A stretch of 64,000 nucleotides of DNA from assembly GCA_028870665.1 (NCBI GenBank), contig JAGWPB010000002.1:10636-74635 (forward strand). Direction: 5' to 3'. The notes below the pieces were generated by a model. That model was not told the origin of the DNA and did no database searches. It saw only the letters and a list, made by a program, of their open reading frames with translations. The first letter of the stretch is position 1; each line of letters opens with the position of its first letter. The translations under genes were made by a program, and so were the position numbers. Source of the DNA: Lysobacteraceae bacterium (GTDB taxonomy: Bacteria > Pseudomonadota > Gammaproteobacteria > Xanthomonadales > Rhodanobacteraceae). Positions 53,714 to 63,530 of this stretch are shown piece by piece.

Positions 53714-54823
53714 TCAGCTGCCCGGGATACGCGGCGTGACCGGCCCGACATCGCCGCACTGCGCGCGGTGCCGTAACGCCAGATCCATCAGCACCAGCGC
53801 CACCATCGCCTCGGCGATCGGCGTGGCGCGGATGCCGACGCAGGGATCGTGGCGGCCGGTGGTCACGACCTCGACCGGCTCGCCCTGCCGGTTCACGCTG
53901 CGCCCGGGCATGCGGATGCTGGACGTCGGCTTCAGCGCGATCGAGCAGATCACTGGCTGGCCGCTGCTGATGCCGCCGAGAACGCCGCCGGCATGATTGG
54001 ACAGAAAGCCGGCCGGTGTCATCTCGTCGCGATGCTCGCTGCCGTGCTGCGCCACGCTGGCGAACCCGTCGCCGATCTCGACGCCCTTGACCGCATTGAT
54101 GCTCATCAGCGCCGCCGCCAGCTCGGCGTCGAGCTTGCCGTAGATCGGCTCGCCCCAGCCCGGCGGCACGCCTTCGGCGACCACGGTCACGCGCGCGCCG
54201 ACCGAGTCGCCGGCCTTGCGCAGCGCGTCCATGGCGGTTTCGAGCTCGGGCACCTGCGCCGCATCGGGCCAGAAAAAGGCGTTGCGCTCGACCGCCTCCC
54301 AGTCGATCGCCCCATCGGCCGGCCGCTGCGCCGTGATCGCACCCAGCTGCGCGAGGTAGCCGCGCACGCGCACGCCGTGGCGCTCGGCCAGCCATTTCTT
54401 GGCGATCACGCCGGCGGCGACGCGCATCGTCGTCTCGCGCGCCGAACTGCGACCGCCGCCGCGCGGATCGCGGATGCCGTATTTCTGCCAGTAGGTGTAG
54501 TCGGCGTGTGCCGGGCGGAAGGTATCGAGCAGATCGTCGTAGTCGCGCGAGCGCGCGTCGGTGTTGCGAATCAGCAGCGCGATCGGAGTGCCGGTGGTGC
54601 GCCCTTCATAGAGGCCGGAAAGGATCTCGACGGCATCGGTCTCGCGCCGCTGCGAGGTGTGGCGGGTACGCCCGCTGGCGCGGCGCGCAAGATCGGCGAC
54701 AAAGTCCTGTTCGCCCAAGGCCAGTCCCGGCGGGCAGCCGTCGATCACGCAACCGATGGCCGGACCGTGGCTCTCGCCGAAGGTGGTGACGGCAAACAGC
54801 GTACCCGAGGTGTTTCCGGCCAT
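53714..54823 (-). CDS. aroC: Chorismate synthase
   Basis: [33 protein letters not shown]... Confidence 0.97.
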   Translation of the reverse strand: MAGNTSGTLFAVTTFGESHGPAIGCVIDGCPPGLALGEQDFVADLARRASGRTRHTSQRRETDAVEILSGLYEGRTTGTPIALLIRNTDARSRDYDDLLDTFRPAHADYTYWQKYGIRDPRGGGRSSARETTMRVAAGVIAKKWLAERHGVRVRGYLAQLGAITAQRPADGAIDWEAVERNAFFWPDAAQVPELETAMDALRKAGDSVGARVTVVAEGVPPGWGEPIYGKLDAELAAALMSINAVKGVEIGDGFASVAQHGSEHRDEMTPAGFLSNHAGGVLGGISSGQPVICSIALKPTSSIRMPGRSVNRQGEPVEVVTTGRHDPCVGIRATPIAEAMVALVLMDLALRHRAQCGDVGPVTPRIPGS

Positions 54824-54835
54824 GTCGCGTGCTCC

Positions 54836-55753
54836 TCAGCGGCCGGTCGCGGCGGTGCGGATCGCCGCCGCGTGATCGAGCAACGTGGCGCGATCGATCA
54901 GGAACACGCCCATCGGCCCGACTTTGAATTCCAGCCAGACGAACGGGACCTCGGGCAACAGCGCGGCCAGCGCCCGTTCGCTCTCGCCGACCTCGACGAT
55001 CAGCAGGCCGTCGCCGGTGAGGTGGGCGGCGGCATCGCGCAGGATTCGCAGCGCGAGATCGAGGCCATCGCTGCCGGCGGCCAGCCCGAGCCGGGGTTCG
55101 TGCGCGTATTCGGCCGGCATCGCCGCGTACTCGGCCTCGGTGACATAGGGCGGGTTGGAAACGATCAGGTCGTAGCGTTCGCCGGCCAGGCCCGCGAACA
55201 GGTCCGAGCGCCGCGCGCGCACGCGCTCCTCGACGTGCTGGAAGGCGATATTCTCCTGCGCCAGCGCCAGGGCGTCCGCACTGAGGTCGGCGAGATCCAC
55301 GCGCCACGCCGGCTGATGCACGGCCATGGCGATGCCGATGCAGCCGGAGCCGGTGCATAGATCCAGTGCACGCCCGATCTCGCGTCCCTCGAGCCAGGGC
55401 GAGAAGCCGGCCTCGATCAGCTCGGCGATCGGCGAGCGTGGCACCAGCGCACGCGGATCGGATCTGAACTTGAGCCCCGCGAACCAGGCCTCGCCGACCA
55501 GATAGGCGGTCGGCACACGCTCGCTGATGCGGCGCTCGATCAGCGCCAGCACCCGTACGCGCTCGGCCTGCGTGAGGCGCGCCGCAGCGTAAGCCGGCGG
55601 CAGATCCGGCGGCAGGTGCAGACTCGCGAGCACCAGATGCGTGGCTTCATCCAGCGGGTTGTCGTGACTGTGCCCGAAGCTCAGTCCGGCAGCGGCGAAC
55701 CGAGTCGCGCCGTAACGGATGAAATCGAGGAGGCTGGCGAGGGCGTCGGTCAC
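54836..55753 (-). CDS. prmB: 50S ribosomal protein L3 glutamine N5-methyltransferase
   Basis: I infer a GTG start at 55753. The protein is collinear with E. coli PrmB/YfcB, including LVPRSPI, DLCTGSGCIGIA and the NPPY motif (VSNPPYV). It lies upstream of aroC, as in E. coli. Confidence 0.9.
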   Translation of the reverse strand: MTDALASLLDFIRYGATRFAAAGLSFGHSHDNPLDEATHLVLASLHLPPDLPPAYAAARLTQAERVRVLALIERRISERVPTAYLVGEAWFAGLKFRSDPRALVPRSPIAELIEAGFSPWLEGREIGRALDLCTGSGCIGIAMAVHQPAWRVDLADLSADALALAQENIAFQHVEERVRARRSDLFAGLAGERYDLIVSNPPYVTEAEYAAMPAEYAHEPRLGLAAGSDGLDLALRILRDAAAHLTGDGLLIVEVGESERALAALLPEVPFVWLEFKVGPMGVFLIDRATLLDHAAAIRTAATGR

Positions 55754-55797
55754 GGAACGGGCCGGGCAAAGCGCGAAGTATAGCGATCCATGACGGC

Positions 55798-55803
55798 TAT
55801 AAT
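55798..55803 (+). promoter_or_regulatory. Candidate -10 (perfect TATAAT) 6 nt upstream of the sco ATG (possible leaderless mRNA)
   Basis: The sequence reads ggcTATAATcggccgATG. There is no SD between the -10 and the ATG, and I found no convincing -35. Confidence 0.3.
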
Positions 55804-55809
55804 CGGCCG

Positions 55810-56454
55810 ATGCACATGCGTCGCGATACCGGTCGCGTACCGGTCTTTCTGCTGGTCGTGGTGGCGGCCATCGCCGCCGGGCTGGGCCTGTGGCTGGGCC
55901 TGCGCGGTCACGCACCGCCGCAACCACCGCCGATGCAGTCCGCGCAGGTGTATCCGCAACCGCGCCCGCTGCCCGCTTTTGCGCTGACGCAAAGCGACGG
56001 CAAGCCCCTGACCGTCGCCGACTGGCAAGGCCGCTACACGTTGGTGTTCTTCGGCTACACCCGGTGCCCGGATATCTGCCCGACCACGCTGGCGACCCTG
56101 CACCGGGCCCTGCAGCAGCTGCGTGCGCAGGAGCCGGGCACGCAGGTGCAGGTCGATTTCATTTCGGTGGATCCGCAGCGCGACACCCTCCCCCGTCTGG
56201 CGGCGTACGTGCGCGCGTTCGATCCGGGCTTCATCGGTGCCACCGGCCCCGACGCACAACTGCAACCGCTGACGCGTGCCCTGGGCGTCGTCTATGCACG
56301 CACCCCGGACGGGCACGGCGGCGAGAGCATCGACCACAGCGGCGTGGTCGTGCTGATCGATCCGCATGGACGCGAACTGGCGGTGTTCCTGCCGCCGCTG
56401 CGTGCCGCCGCGATCGCCGACGATCTCGCCCGTCTGATCGCCTGGCGCCGCTGA
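55810..56454 (+). CDS. SCO1/SenC family copper chaperone
   Basis: An N-terminal TM segment and a thioredoxin fold with the CPDICP motif ([17 protein letters not shown]). Confidence 0.9.
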   Translation: MHMRRDTGRVPVFLLVVVAAIAAGLGLWLGLRGHAPPQPPPMQSAQVYPQPRPLPAFALTQSDGKPLTVADWQGRYTLVFFGYTRCPDICPTTLATLHRALQQLRAQEPGTQVQVDFISVDPQRDTLPRLAAYVRAFDPGFIGATGPDAQLQPLTRALGVVYARTPDGHGGESIDHSGVVVLIDPHGRELAVFLPPLRAAAIADDLARLIAWRR

Positions 56455-57335
56455 TGCGCCTGGCCGCACTGCAGACGCTGCTGCCGCATCGCGCCCTCAG
56501 CGCGATCATGCGCGGCGCCACGCGCTGGACCTGGTCACCGTGGAAGAACCTGCTGATCCGACAGGTCGTGCGCCGTTATGGCGTCGATCTCGGCGAGGCC
56601 GCAGCGCCCGCCGAACCCGACGCCTACGCGCATTTCGATGCCTTTTTCACCCGCGCCCTGAGACCCGGCGCGCGGCCGATCGACCCCGACCCCGCCGTCG
56701 TGCTCTGCCCGGCCGACGGCCGCATCAGCCAGGCCGGGCCGATCGATGCGGGCCGTCTGCTGCAAGCCAAGGGCCGCGATTTCACCGCCGCCGAGCTGCT
56801 GGCCGACGATCGGGCCGCGGCGGCCTATCGCGACGGTGCCTTCGTCACCGTGTACCTGTCGCCGCGCGACTACCATCGCGTGCACATGCCGCTGGATGGA
56901 ACCCTGCTCGAGACCGCGCACGTGCCCGGGCGCCTGTTCAGCGTGGCGCCGTCCGCGGTCGCCGCGATCCCGCGCCTGTTCGCGCGCAACGAACGGCTGG
57001 TCTGCCGCTTCGACGGATCCGGCGGGCCGTTCGCGGTGGTCATGGTCGGCGCCTTGCTGGTATCCGGCGTGGAAACCGCCTGGGGCGGATGGCAGATTCC
57101 GCCCTATGCGCACCGGATCGTGCGCAGGGACTGGCGCGGCCGCGACGTCCGCCTGGCGCGCGGCGCCGAAATGGCGCGCTTCCACATGGGCTCGACGGTG
57201 ATCCTGCTGCTGCCCGCGGGCCGCGCCAGGCTGGCCGACCAGCTGACACCCGGGCACCCGGTGCGGGTCGGCCAGGGCATCGGCCGCCTGTCGGAAACCA
57301 TCTTCCAAACCCCCGAGAGAACCTCCACTATGTGA
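56454..57335 (+). CDS. psd: Phosphatidylserine decarboxylase proenzyme
   Basis: The ATG overlaps the sco stop (TGATG). The protein reads ...[13 protein letters not shown]... and has the self-cleavage site FHMGSTVI (G-S-T). Confidence 0.95.
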   Translation: MRLAALQTLLPHRALSAIMRGATRWTWSPWKNLLIRQVVRRYGVDLGEAAAPAEPDAYAHFDAFFTRALRPGARPIDPDPAVVLCPADGRISQAGPIDAGRLLQAKGRDFTAAELLADDRAAAAYRDGAFVTVYLSPRDYHRVHMPLDGTLLETAHVPGRLFSVAPSAVAAIPRLFARNERLVCRFDGSGGPFAVVMVGALLVSGVETAWGGWQIPPYAHRIVRRDWRGRDVRLARGAEMARFHMGSTVILLLPAGRARLADQLTPGHPVRVGQGIGRLSETIFQTPERTSTM

Positions 57336-57455
57336 TGTGGAGCGTCATTTCGCGACGCCGTCCATGTGGAAACGTCCTCGGGGGAGGCTATGCTGGACAC
57401 GCCGCGAGAGCCGAATGCGCCGCTGCCGCCGGAACCGCCATCGAGGGGGAGGATC

Positions 57456-57902
57456 ATGCGTCTGGTTACCCGCATTGTCGCCAAGAGCCGTGCCATTCGT
57501 CTGGCGCGGCAACTGCGAGACATCGAAACCGCGATGCAGGCCCTGCCGCTCGGTGCCCGGCGCCAGCTGGCCCTGCTGGCGATGAAAGAGTTCGCCAACG
57601 CCTCGCGCTGCGAATTTCCGCATCTGTACGGATCTCCGCCGGAAATGAAATACCTGCCCTGGGGTGGCGGCACCGATATCGGTCACGAACGCGCGCGCTC
57701 GGACAACCCGCAGATGCGCATGCGTGGCATCGCGCTGTGGCTGGCGGTGGCGTTCCACGAGACCCGCGATGCGCCGACCCGCGACCTGCAGCTGCTGCAT
57801 CGCAATCTGTTGCGGGTGATGCGCCAGCTCAAGGAAAACGCCGCCAGCGCAGCGGATGATCCGGTCGCGCCATGGGCAACAACCCGTACCGCAGCAGCTT
57901 GA
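57456..57902 (+). CDS. Hypothetical protein (148 aa, orphan-like)
   Basis: MRLVTRIVAKSRAIRLARQLRDIETAMQALPLGARRQLALLAMKEFANASRCEFPHLYGSPPEMKYLPWGGG... GGAGGA lies 3 nt upstream. An alternative in-frame ATG at 57390 also follows a GGAGG. I recognise no motif, and third-position GC is lower than in neighbouring genes. Confidence 0.55.
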   Translation: MRLVTRIVAKSRAIRLARQLRDIETAMQALPLGARRQLALLAMKEFANASRCEFPHLYGSPPEMKYLPWGGGTDIGHERARSDNPQMRMRGIALWLAVAFHETRDAPTRDLQLLHRNLLRVMRQLKENAASAADDPVAPWATTRTAAA

Positions 57903-58029
57903 GTTGCTGAAGGGTCCAATCCCGGACCTTGCGTGCTTCGCGTCCCGGGCGGACTGAAGCGGGCGCGGCGGTCGGGCCGCGAGACATCGGCCCGTGAACG
58001 ACGAGCAGGCGCAGCGGGGATGCGCCCGC

Positions 58030-59529
58030 TCAGCCGCGCCGACACATCGGCATGCGCAGTTCCATCCCCGGCCGGAGCTCGTAGTGCGGCGCCCGCAGGC
58101 GATTGGCCGATGCCAGCTCGTGCAGATTGTCGCAACCGAAGCGGTGGGCGATGCCGAACAGGGTGTCGCCACGCCGGACCGTGTAGCGACGCTGCTTCGG
58201 CTCGCGACGTGCGGCGGCGAATGCCGCGGGCGGCGTCGGCAGCACGGCGTCGTGCAGGTCGGAGGCCAGCTTCATCCAGGGACCGCCGCTGGCACACGAA
58301 CGCGCATAGGGTTTTTCCAGCACGTCCGGAACGGCGATGCGAGTACCCGCCGGTTGCTCGGTCTGCGGGTCGAGCCGGGGATTGAGGTTGCGCAGCGTGC
58401 GGAACCAGCCGTCGGCCATGCCGCCGGCCTGGCCCAGGCAGACGGTCAGCTCGGCCAGTGAGGCCGGAGCCAGCAGGTCCACGTGTCCCGGTGCCCCGTC
58501 CACGCGCGGGAAATGCAGGTTGTAGCGCTCGGGGTGCAGGAACAGCCAGGCCGCGGCCAGCACCATCGGCACGTACTCGCGGGTCTCGGGCGACAGGGTG
58601 AAATAGATCCTCGGATTCCAGAAGCTGGCATCGGCCGCGTGCGCCGCGGCCAGACGGCTGACGAAGCCCTCGCCGCCGTTGTAGGCGGCGATGGTCAGTT
58701 CCAGATTGTCATTGAAGTCTTTCAGCTGCTCATTGATATAGGCGGCGTTGGCCGTCGCCTCCAGGCGCGGATCGAAGCGCTGGTCGAAGCCATCCACGAT
58801 GCCGAGGCCGAAACGCCGGCCGGTGGCCGGCATGAACTGCAGTGGGCCCGCCGCGCCCGAGCGCGAGACCGCATGCACGCGGCCACCCGATTCCTTGGCC
58901 ATCATGCCGAACAGCAGCGCCTCGGGCAGACCGGCCTTGCGATAGGCCGGCTCCATCTGGTAGCGCAGGTACTGGTAGTTGATGTAGGCGTTGATCAGCT
59001 GCGGTCGCATCTGGGTCAGCCACTCCTCCAGTGCAGCCTTGATCGGACCGTTGCTGGCGATCAGTTCGGAGAGCTGGTGGTTGCGCAGCAGGGCCACCGA
59101 ACGCTGGGCCTCCGGAACCGCCTGCAGCACCGGCGAGGGTTCTCCATTCTCGGTGGTGGCGTCATCGGCAACGGTGGCTCCGGTGTCGCTTTCCCCGGCT
59201 TCGACGCGCAGCAGCCGGTCGTAGGCGACGATGAAACGGGCGCTGTCGCAGCCGCTGTGCGCGGCGCAGGCCGTGGCGGCGATCCGCAGGTCAGCCAGCG
59301 CCTGGCTGCGCGCGTCTGCGGCGGCGGGATCGCCGGCCTCGAGCTGGTTCTGGGCATTGTTGTACTGGCGAACGTCGGCATCCAGTCGCGCATACAGTTC
59401 GGCGTTGACGGATGCAACGGCTGCGCCAGCCGGCGGACGCGCGGGCGTGGTCGAACAGCCCGAGAGGGCGATGGCGACGGCCACGGCCAGCGCCACGGTC
59501 ACACGAGACAGGATGGGATGAAAAGACAC
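58030..59529 (-). CDS. Lipoprotein lytic transglycosylase with C-terminal LysM (MltD-like)
   Basis: I infer a GTG start at 59529, giving the lipobox [14 protein letters not shown]. The SLT catalytic region is [26 protein letters not shown]...AAYNGG. The C-terminal LysM is [16 protein letters not shown]... Confidence 0.85.
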   Translation of the reverse strand: MSFHPILSRVTVALAVAVAIALSGCSTTPARPPAGAAVASVNAELYARLDADVRQYNNAQNQLEAGDPAAADARSQALADLRIAATACAAHSGCDSARFIVAYDRLLRVEAGESDTGATVADDATTENGEPSPVLQAVPEAQRSVALLRNHQLSELIASNGPIKAALEEWLTQMRPQLINAYINYQYLRYQMEPAYRKAGLPEALLFGMMAKESGGRVHAVSRSGAAGPLQFMPATGRRFGLGIVDGFDQRFDPRLEATANAAYINEQLKDFNDNLELTIAAYNGGEGFVSRLAAAHAADASFWNPRIYFTLSPETREYVPMVLAAAWLFLHPERYNLHFPRVDGAPGHVDLLAPASLAELTVCLGQAGGMADGWFRTLRNLNPRLDPQTEQPAGTRIAVPDVLEKPYARSCASGGPWMKLASDLHDAVLPTPPAAFAAARREPKQRRYTVRRGDTLFGIAHRFGCDNLHELASANRLRAPHYELRPGMELRMPMCRRG

Positions 59530-59693
59530 GGGCGGGGCAACCTCGGTCAGTCGGCAGCGACCACGGCGGCAACCATGCCGCCGGCAGCACAGCGCCGGGC
59601 GCGATGAATATCGGCCATATCCGTCGCGTACGCAACGCCGGGACTGCACCGCGGCGGCGCACTGCCTACAATCGCGTGGCCGGCGGAGAATCC

Positions 59694-59771
59694 ATGAATC
59701 GATTTCGATCCGATCCCTCGCGTCCATCCGCCGTGCCGGCGCCCGCGCGGCGCAGGCACGGCGCGCGCTGA
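59694..59771 (+). CDS. Candidate 25-codon upstream ORF coupled to greB
   Basis: The peptide is [29 protein letters not shown] (59684-87) lies 6 nt upstream. Its stop overlaps the greB ATG (TGATG at 59769-73), and greB itself lacks an SD. Codon usage is poor, so any role is probably regulatory. Confidence 0.3.
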   Translation: MNRFRSDPSRPSAVPAPARRRHGAR

Positions 59772-60280
59772 TGGGCCGCTGGCGGCCACCGGCGCCGGCC
59801 TCGACCGCGATCATCACCCGTGACGGCCACGCGCGCCTGAAAGCCGAACTCGACGAGCTGTGGCTGCGCGTGCGCCCCGAGGTCGTGCGCGCGCTGGCGG
59901 CGGCGGCCGCGGAGGGCGATCGCTCGGAGAATGCCGAGTACATCTACCGCAAGAAGCAGCTCGGCGAGATCGACCGGCGTGTGCGCTATCTGAGCAAGCG
60001 GCTGCCACTGCTGAAGGTGGCGCAGGGCGCTCCCGGCGACCGCGGCGCGGTGTATTTCGGCGCCTGGATCCGGCTCGAGGACGACCACGGCGACGCGCAT
60101 CGCTATCGCATCGTCGGCCCCGACGAGACCGACGCGCGCCGCGGCTGGATCAGCGTGGATTCGCCGCTGGCCCGCGCGCTGCTGAAAAAACGCGTCGACG
60201 ACGCGGTCGAGGCCGACCTGCCCGGCGGTCGGCGACGCTTCAGCGTACTGGCGGTGAGCTATGACGATGCGCTGCCCTGA
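59771..60280 (+). CDS. greB: Transcription elongation factor GreB
   Basis: ...[18 protein letters not shown]...[30 protein letters not shown]...[10 protein letters not shown]...RIVGPDE...[14 protein letters not shown]..., collinear with E. coli GreB. Confidence 0.93.
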   Translation: MGRWRPPAPASTAIITRDGHARLKAELDELWLRVRPEVVRALAAAAAEGDRSENAEYIYRKKQLGEIDRRVRYLSKRLPLLKVAQGAPGDRGAVYFGAWIRLEDDHGDAHRYRIVGPDETDARRGWISVDSPLARALLKKRVDDAVEADLPGGRRRFSVLAVSYDDALP

Positions 60281-60293
60281 GCCGACGGCGGCG

Positions 60294-60797
60294 ATGACTC
60301 CCGAATCGATTCGCGACCTGCTGACCGCCTACCGGGCCACCCGCTACACGGTGCGACTGGCGGATCGGGAGGTGCGGCTACGTGTCGGCGCCGCACCGCC
60401 ACCGGCACTGCGGGCGCTGCTGCAGTCCGACCGTTTCTGGGTGCTGATCAGCGCCTGCAATCCGCAATCGCGGCCCTGTTCGGCCCGAGGCAACACCCAG
60501 CGCATGCGCGCGCTGACCCAGGCACTGGCCGCCCTTGCTCCGCCGCATGTGTTCGACGCGGCGGGATGCGCGCCGGATCGCAGCTGGATCGAGCCCAGCC
60601 TGCTGGTCATCGGACTCGACCCCGGGATCACCGATGCGCTGGCGCGACGCTTCGACCAGAACGCGCTGCTGGCCGGTCGGGGGACCGGCCCGGCACGACT
60701 GCGGCTGTATCGCGCGGATTGGGCTGCGGCGCTCGGTCGCGTGGACACTGCGGGTCGCGAATGGGCAGAATGGGCGCTGGAGTCCGCCCGCGCATGA
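60294..60797 (+). CDS. DUF3293 domain-containing protein
   Basis: MTPESIRDLLTAYRATRYTVRL...FWVLISACNPQSRPCSARGNTQRMRAL...SWIEPSLLVIGL...FDQNALL. The pattern matches my memory of DUF3293. An alternative ATG at 60261 lies inside greB. The stop overlaps the ccmA ATG. Confidence 0.68.
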   Translation: MTPESIRDLLTAYRATRYTVRLADREVRLRVGAAPPPALRALLQSDRFWVLISACNPQSRPCSARGNTQRMRALTQALAALAPPHVFDAAGCAPDRSWIEPSLLVIGLDPGITDALARRFDQNALLAGRGTGPARLRLYRADWAAALGRVDTAGREWAEWALESARA

Positions 60798-61432
60798 ACC
60801 CCCGTCCCCCTCCTGCCGTCGCGACCTTGCTCGAGGTGCGCGAACTCGCCTTCGCGCGCCGCGACGAGCCGGTGTTCGGGCCGCTCGATTTCGATCTCGA
60901 GAGCGGCGAGATCGGCCTGGTTGAAGGCGACAACGGCAGCGGCAAGACCACCCTGTTGCGCATCCTGGCCGGCCTGCTGCACGCCAGTTCGGGAACCGTG
61001 CGCGTGGACGGGCTGGCGGCGGGCGATCCCGCCGCCGCCGGCACGGCGCTGCTGCTTGGGCACCAGCTGGGCCTCAAGGCAGACCTCAGCGTGCGCGAGA
61101 ATCTCGCCACCGCGGCGGGCCTGTACGGCCGGCGTGAACGCTGCGGCCTCGACGACACGCTCGTCGAGGTGGGCCTCGAGGGCTACGCCGACGTACCGGT
61201 GCGACAGCTGTCCGCGGGCCAGAAGAAACGGGCCGCGCTGGCGCGCCTGCGCTTGCTGCCGGCACGGTTGTGGCTGCTCGACGAGCCCTTCGCCAACCTC
61301 GACCGCGCCGGCATCGCGCTGGTCAATCGGCTGCTCGACGTGCAGGTCGCCAGCGGCGGCGCGGCCTTGGTGACCACCCATGGCGCGGTGTCGTTCCGCG
61401 ACCAGGCCACGCGCCGGATCGCCCTGTCGTGA
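60794..61432 (+). CDS. ccmA: Cytochrome c maturation ABC ATPase CcmA
   Basis: From ATG 60794 (ATGA overlap), the protein has Walker A GDNGSGKT, the signature LSAGQKKR and Walker B WLLDEP. Confidence 0.93.
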   Translation: MNPRPPPAVATLLEVRELAFARRDEPVFGPLDFDLESGEIGLVEGDNGSGKTTLLRILAGLLHASSGTVRVDGLAAGDPAAAGTALLLGHQLGLKADLSVRENLATAAGLYGRRERCGLDDTLVEVGLEGYADVPVRQLSAGQKKRAALARLRLLPARLWLLDEPFANLDRAGIALVNRLLDVQVASGGAALVTTHGAVSFRDQATRRIALS

Positions 61433-62115
61433 GCGCACCCTCGGCACGCACCGGCTATGTCACGATCCTGCGCCGCGACCTGCTGCTGGCCTGGCGGCGG
61501 CGCGGTGAAGCGGCCTTTCCGGTGCTGTATGCACTGATTGTCGCGACCCTGTTCCCGTTTGCACTGGGCCCTGAAGGCGCCCTGCTCGCGCGGATCGCCG
61601 CCGGCGTGGTGCTGGTCACCGTATTGCTGGCGATGCTGCTGGCGCTGGATGGCCTGTTTCGTCCCGATGTCGAAGACGGCAGCCTCGAACAGCTGCTGCT
61701 GGCGCCGCAGCCGCTGGGGCTGCTGCTGGCGGCCAAGATCCTCGCCCACTGGCTGACCACGGCACTGCCGCTGCTGCTGGCCAGTCCGCTGCTGGCGGCG
61801 ATGTTGCATCTGCCGGTGGCGGTGCTGCCGGTGCTGCTGGTCGCGCTGGCGCTGGCGACGCCGCTGATGAGTCTGCTCGGCGCGCTGGTCGTCGCGCTGA
61901 CCGTCGGCACCCGCCGCTCTGGTATGCTGCTGGCCCTGATGCTGCTGCCGCTGATGGTGCCCGTGGTGATCTTCGCCGCCGGCGCGGTGTCCGCCGCCCA
62001 GCAAGGCCTTCCCTTCATCGCACCGCTCGCCTGGTTGGGCGCAGCCCTCGTGCTTGCCCTGGTGCTGGCGCCTGCCGCCTGTGCCGCCGCACTCCGGATC
62101 GCCCTCGACGCATGA
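61429..62115 (+). CDS. ccmB: Heme exporter permease CcmB
   Basis: The GTG start overlaps the ccmA stop (GTGA). The protein reads ...ILRRDLLLAWRRRGEAAFPVLYALIVATLFPFALGP...EDGSLEQLLLAP... Confidence 0.93.
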   Translation: MSAPSARTGYVTILRRDLLLAWRRRGEAAFPVLYALIVATLFPFALGPEGALLARIAAGVVLVTVLLAMLLALDGLFRPDVEDGSLEQLLLAPQPLGLLLAAKILAHWLTTALPLLLASPLLAAMLHLPVAVLPVLLVALALATPLMSLLGALVVALTVGTRRSGMLLALMLLPLMVPVVIFAAGAVSAAQQGLPFIAPLAWLGAALVLALVLAPAACAAALRIALDA

Positions 62116-62897
62116 ATGTCCACTCCTCGCCCACGCTCTGGAACCGGCTGGTGCTGTGGTATCACCAGATGGGTTCGCCGCCGTATTTCTACGCCTTCGC
62201 CGGACGCTGGCGGCCGTGGTTCATCGCCGCCACGCTGATCACCGCCGCGATCGGCCTCTACGGCGGTCTGCTGCTGGCCCCGCCCGACTACCAGCAGGGC
62301 GATGCCTACCGCATCATCTTCATCCACGTGCCCTGCGCGTGGATGAGCCTGTTCACCTACGCCTTCATGGCCGGCTGCGGCCTGGTCGGACTGGTATGGC
62401 GGGTCAAGCTGGCCGAGATCCTGGCGATGGAAGCGGCGCCGATCGGCGCGGCGTTCACCTTCGTCACCCTGGTCACCGGCTCGCTGTGGGGCAAGCCGAT
62501 GTGGGGCGCGTGGTGGACCTGGGACGCGCGGCTGACCTCGGAGCTGGTGCTGCTGTTTCTCTATCTCGGCGTGATCGGGCTTTACCACGCCTTCGAGGAC
62601 ACCCGCCAGGGCGCCCGTGCGGCGGCCTTCCTGGCCCTGATCGGCGTGGTCAACCTGCCGATCGTGCATTACTCGGTGGTGTGGTGGAACACGCTGCATC
62701 AGGGCACCACGGTGCAGCTGTTCGGACCGTCACGCATCACCTGGTCGATGCTGTGGCCGTTGCTGACGATGGCGCTGTCGACGCACCTTTATCTCGGCTG
62801 GAGCCTGCTCGGCCGCGCGCGAGTCGCGCTGCTGGAGCTCGAGGGCGGCAAGGACTGGGCGCGCGCGATCGCGCTGAAGGAAGCGTCGCGTGGATAA
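62112..62897 (+). CDS. ccmC: Heme exporter protein CcmC
   Basis: ATGA overlap with ccmB. The WWD motif is WGKPMWGAWWTWDARL, and the conserved His residues are present. Confidence 0.96.
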   Translation: MNVHSSPTLWNRLVLWYHQMGSPPYFYAFAGRWRPWFIAATLITAAIGLYGGLLLAPPDYQQGDAYRIIFIHVPCAWMSLFTYAFMAGCGLVGLVWRVKLAEILAMEAAPIGAAFTFVTLVTGSLWGKPMWGAWWTWDARLTSELVLLFLYLGVIGLYHAFEDTRQGARAAAFLALIGVVNLPIVHYSVVWWNTLHQGTTVQLFGPSRITWSMLWPLLTMALSTHLYLGWSLLGRARVALLELEGGKDWARAIALKEASRG

Positions 62898-63060
62898 GTT
62901 CCTGGCCATGGGCGGCTATGCGGTCTACGTCTGGCCCGCCTACGCGGCGTTCTTCGTGGTGTTCGCCGCCGACCTGATTGCCACTGCGGCGCGCCGCCGC
63001 AGGGTGCTGAAGGAACTTCGCGCCCGCATCGCCCGTCAAAGCGCGCGCAGGAGTCCCTGA
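62890..63060 (+). CDS. ccmD: Heme exporter protein CcmD
   Basis: Not in the ORF track (56 aa). The protein is [56 protein letters not shown], with the typical MGGY..YVW.AY motif. The start is GTG 62890 or ATG 62908. Confidence 0.8.
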   Translation: MDKFLAMGGYAVYVWPAYAAFFVVFAADLIATAARRRRVLKELRARIARQSARRSP

Positions 63061-63062
63061 TC

Positions 63063-63530
63063 ATGCATCCCGTCCGCAAGCGTCGCCTGATCTTCGTCGG
63101 CCTGATTCTCGGCGCGGTGGCCTTGGCCACCGGCGCGGTCGTCTACGGTCTGCAGAAGAACATGAACTACCTGTTCACGCCCAGCCAGGTGCTGGCCGGC
63201 AGGGCCGCCGACTACCGCACCTTCCGGCTCGGCGGCATGGTCGAGAACGGCTCCATCGTGCGCGATCCGCATTCGCTGAAAGTGGACTTCACCGTCACCG
63301 ACGGTGACCGCACGCTGCCGGTCGAGTACACCGGCATCCTGCCCGACCTGTTCCGCGCCAACCAGGCGGTGATCACCACCGGCCGCATGCAGGGTGGCAC
63401 CTTCGTCGCCAGCGAGGTGCTGGCCAAGCACAGCGCGACCTACATGCCCAAGGAACTGGCCGAGGCGATGGCCAAGGCGCACGCCAAGCACCACGTCGTG
63501 ATGCCGGCCACGGCCGGAGGTGCGCCGTGA
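63063..63530 (+). CDS. ccmE: Cytochrome c-type biogenesis heme chaperone CcmE
   Basis: [30 protein letters not shown]...FRLGGMV...[11 protein letters not shown], which includes the heme-binding His. Confidence 0.96.
   Translation: MHPVRKRRLIFVGLILGAVALATGAVVYGLQKNMNYLFTPSQVLAGRAADYRTFRLGGMVENGSIVRDPHSLKVDFTVTDGDRTLPVEYTGILPDLFRANQAVITTGRMQGGTFVASEVLAKHSATYMPKELAEAMAKAHAKHHVVMPATAGGAP

Noticed and set aside
55890-57335. Track ORFs whose 5' ends extend far upstream of the real gene: 55890 for psd, 26242 for queG, 36090 for thiD, 35182 for the PhoH-like gene, 48882 for trpB, 17940 for sseA and 10140 for obg.
   Set aside because: The N-terminal extensions are Arg/Pro-rich nonsense that overlaps the upstream gene. 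Homology begins at an internal ATG/GTG, usually with an SD or a 4-nt overlap with the preceding stop. I trimmed the coordinates accordingly.
57390-57455. A longer 170-aa version of the orphan gene, starting at ATG 57390.
   Set aside because: The extra 22 codons are rich in rare codons (cga, aat, gaa, cca, agg, ggg, agg) and encode a Pro-rich tail. The downstream ATG 57456 has an equal or better SD. I retained it only as an alternative start.
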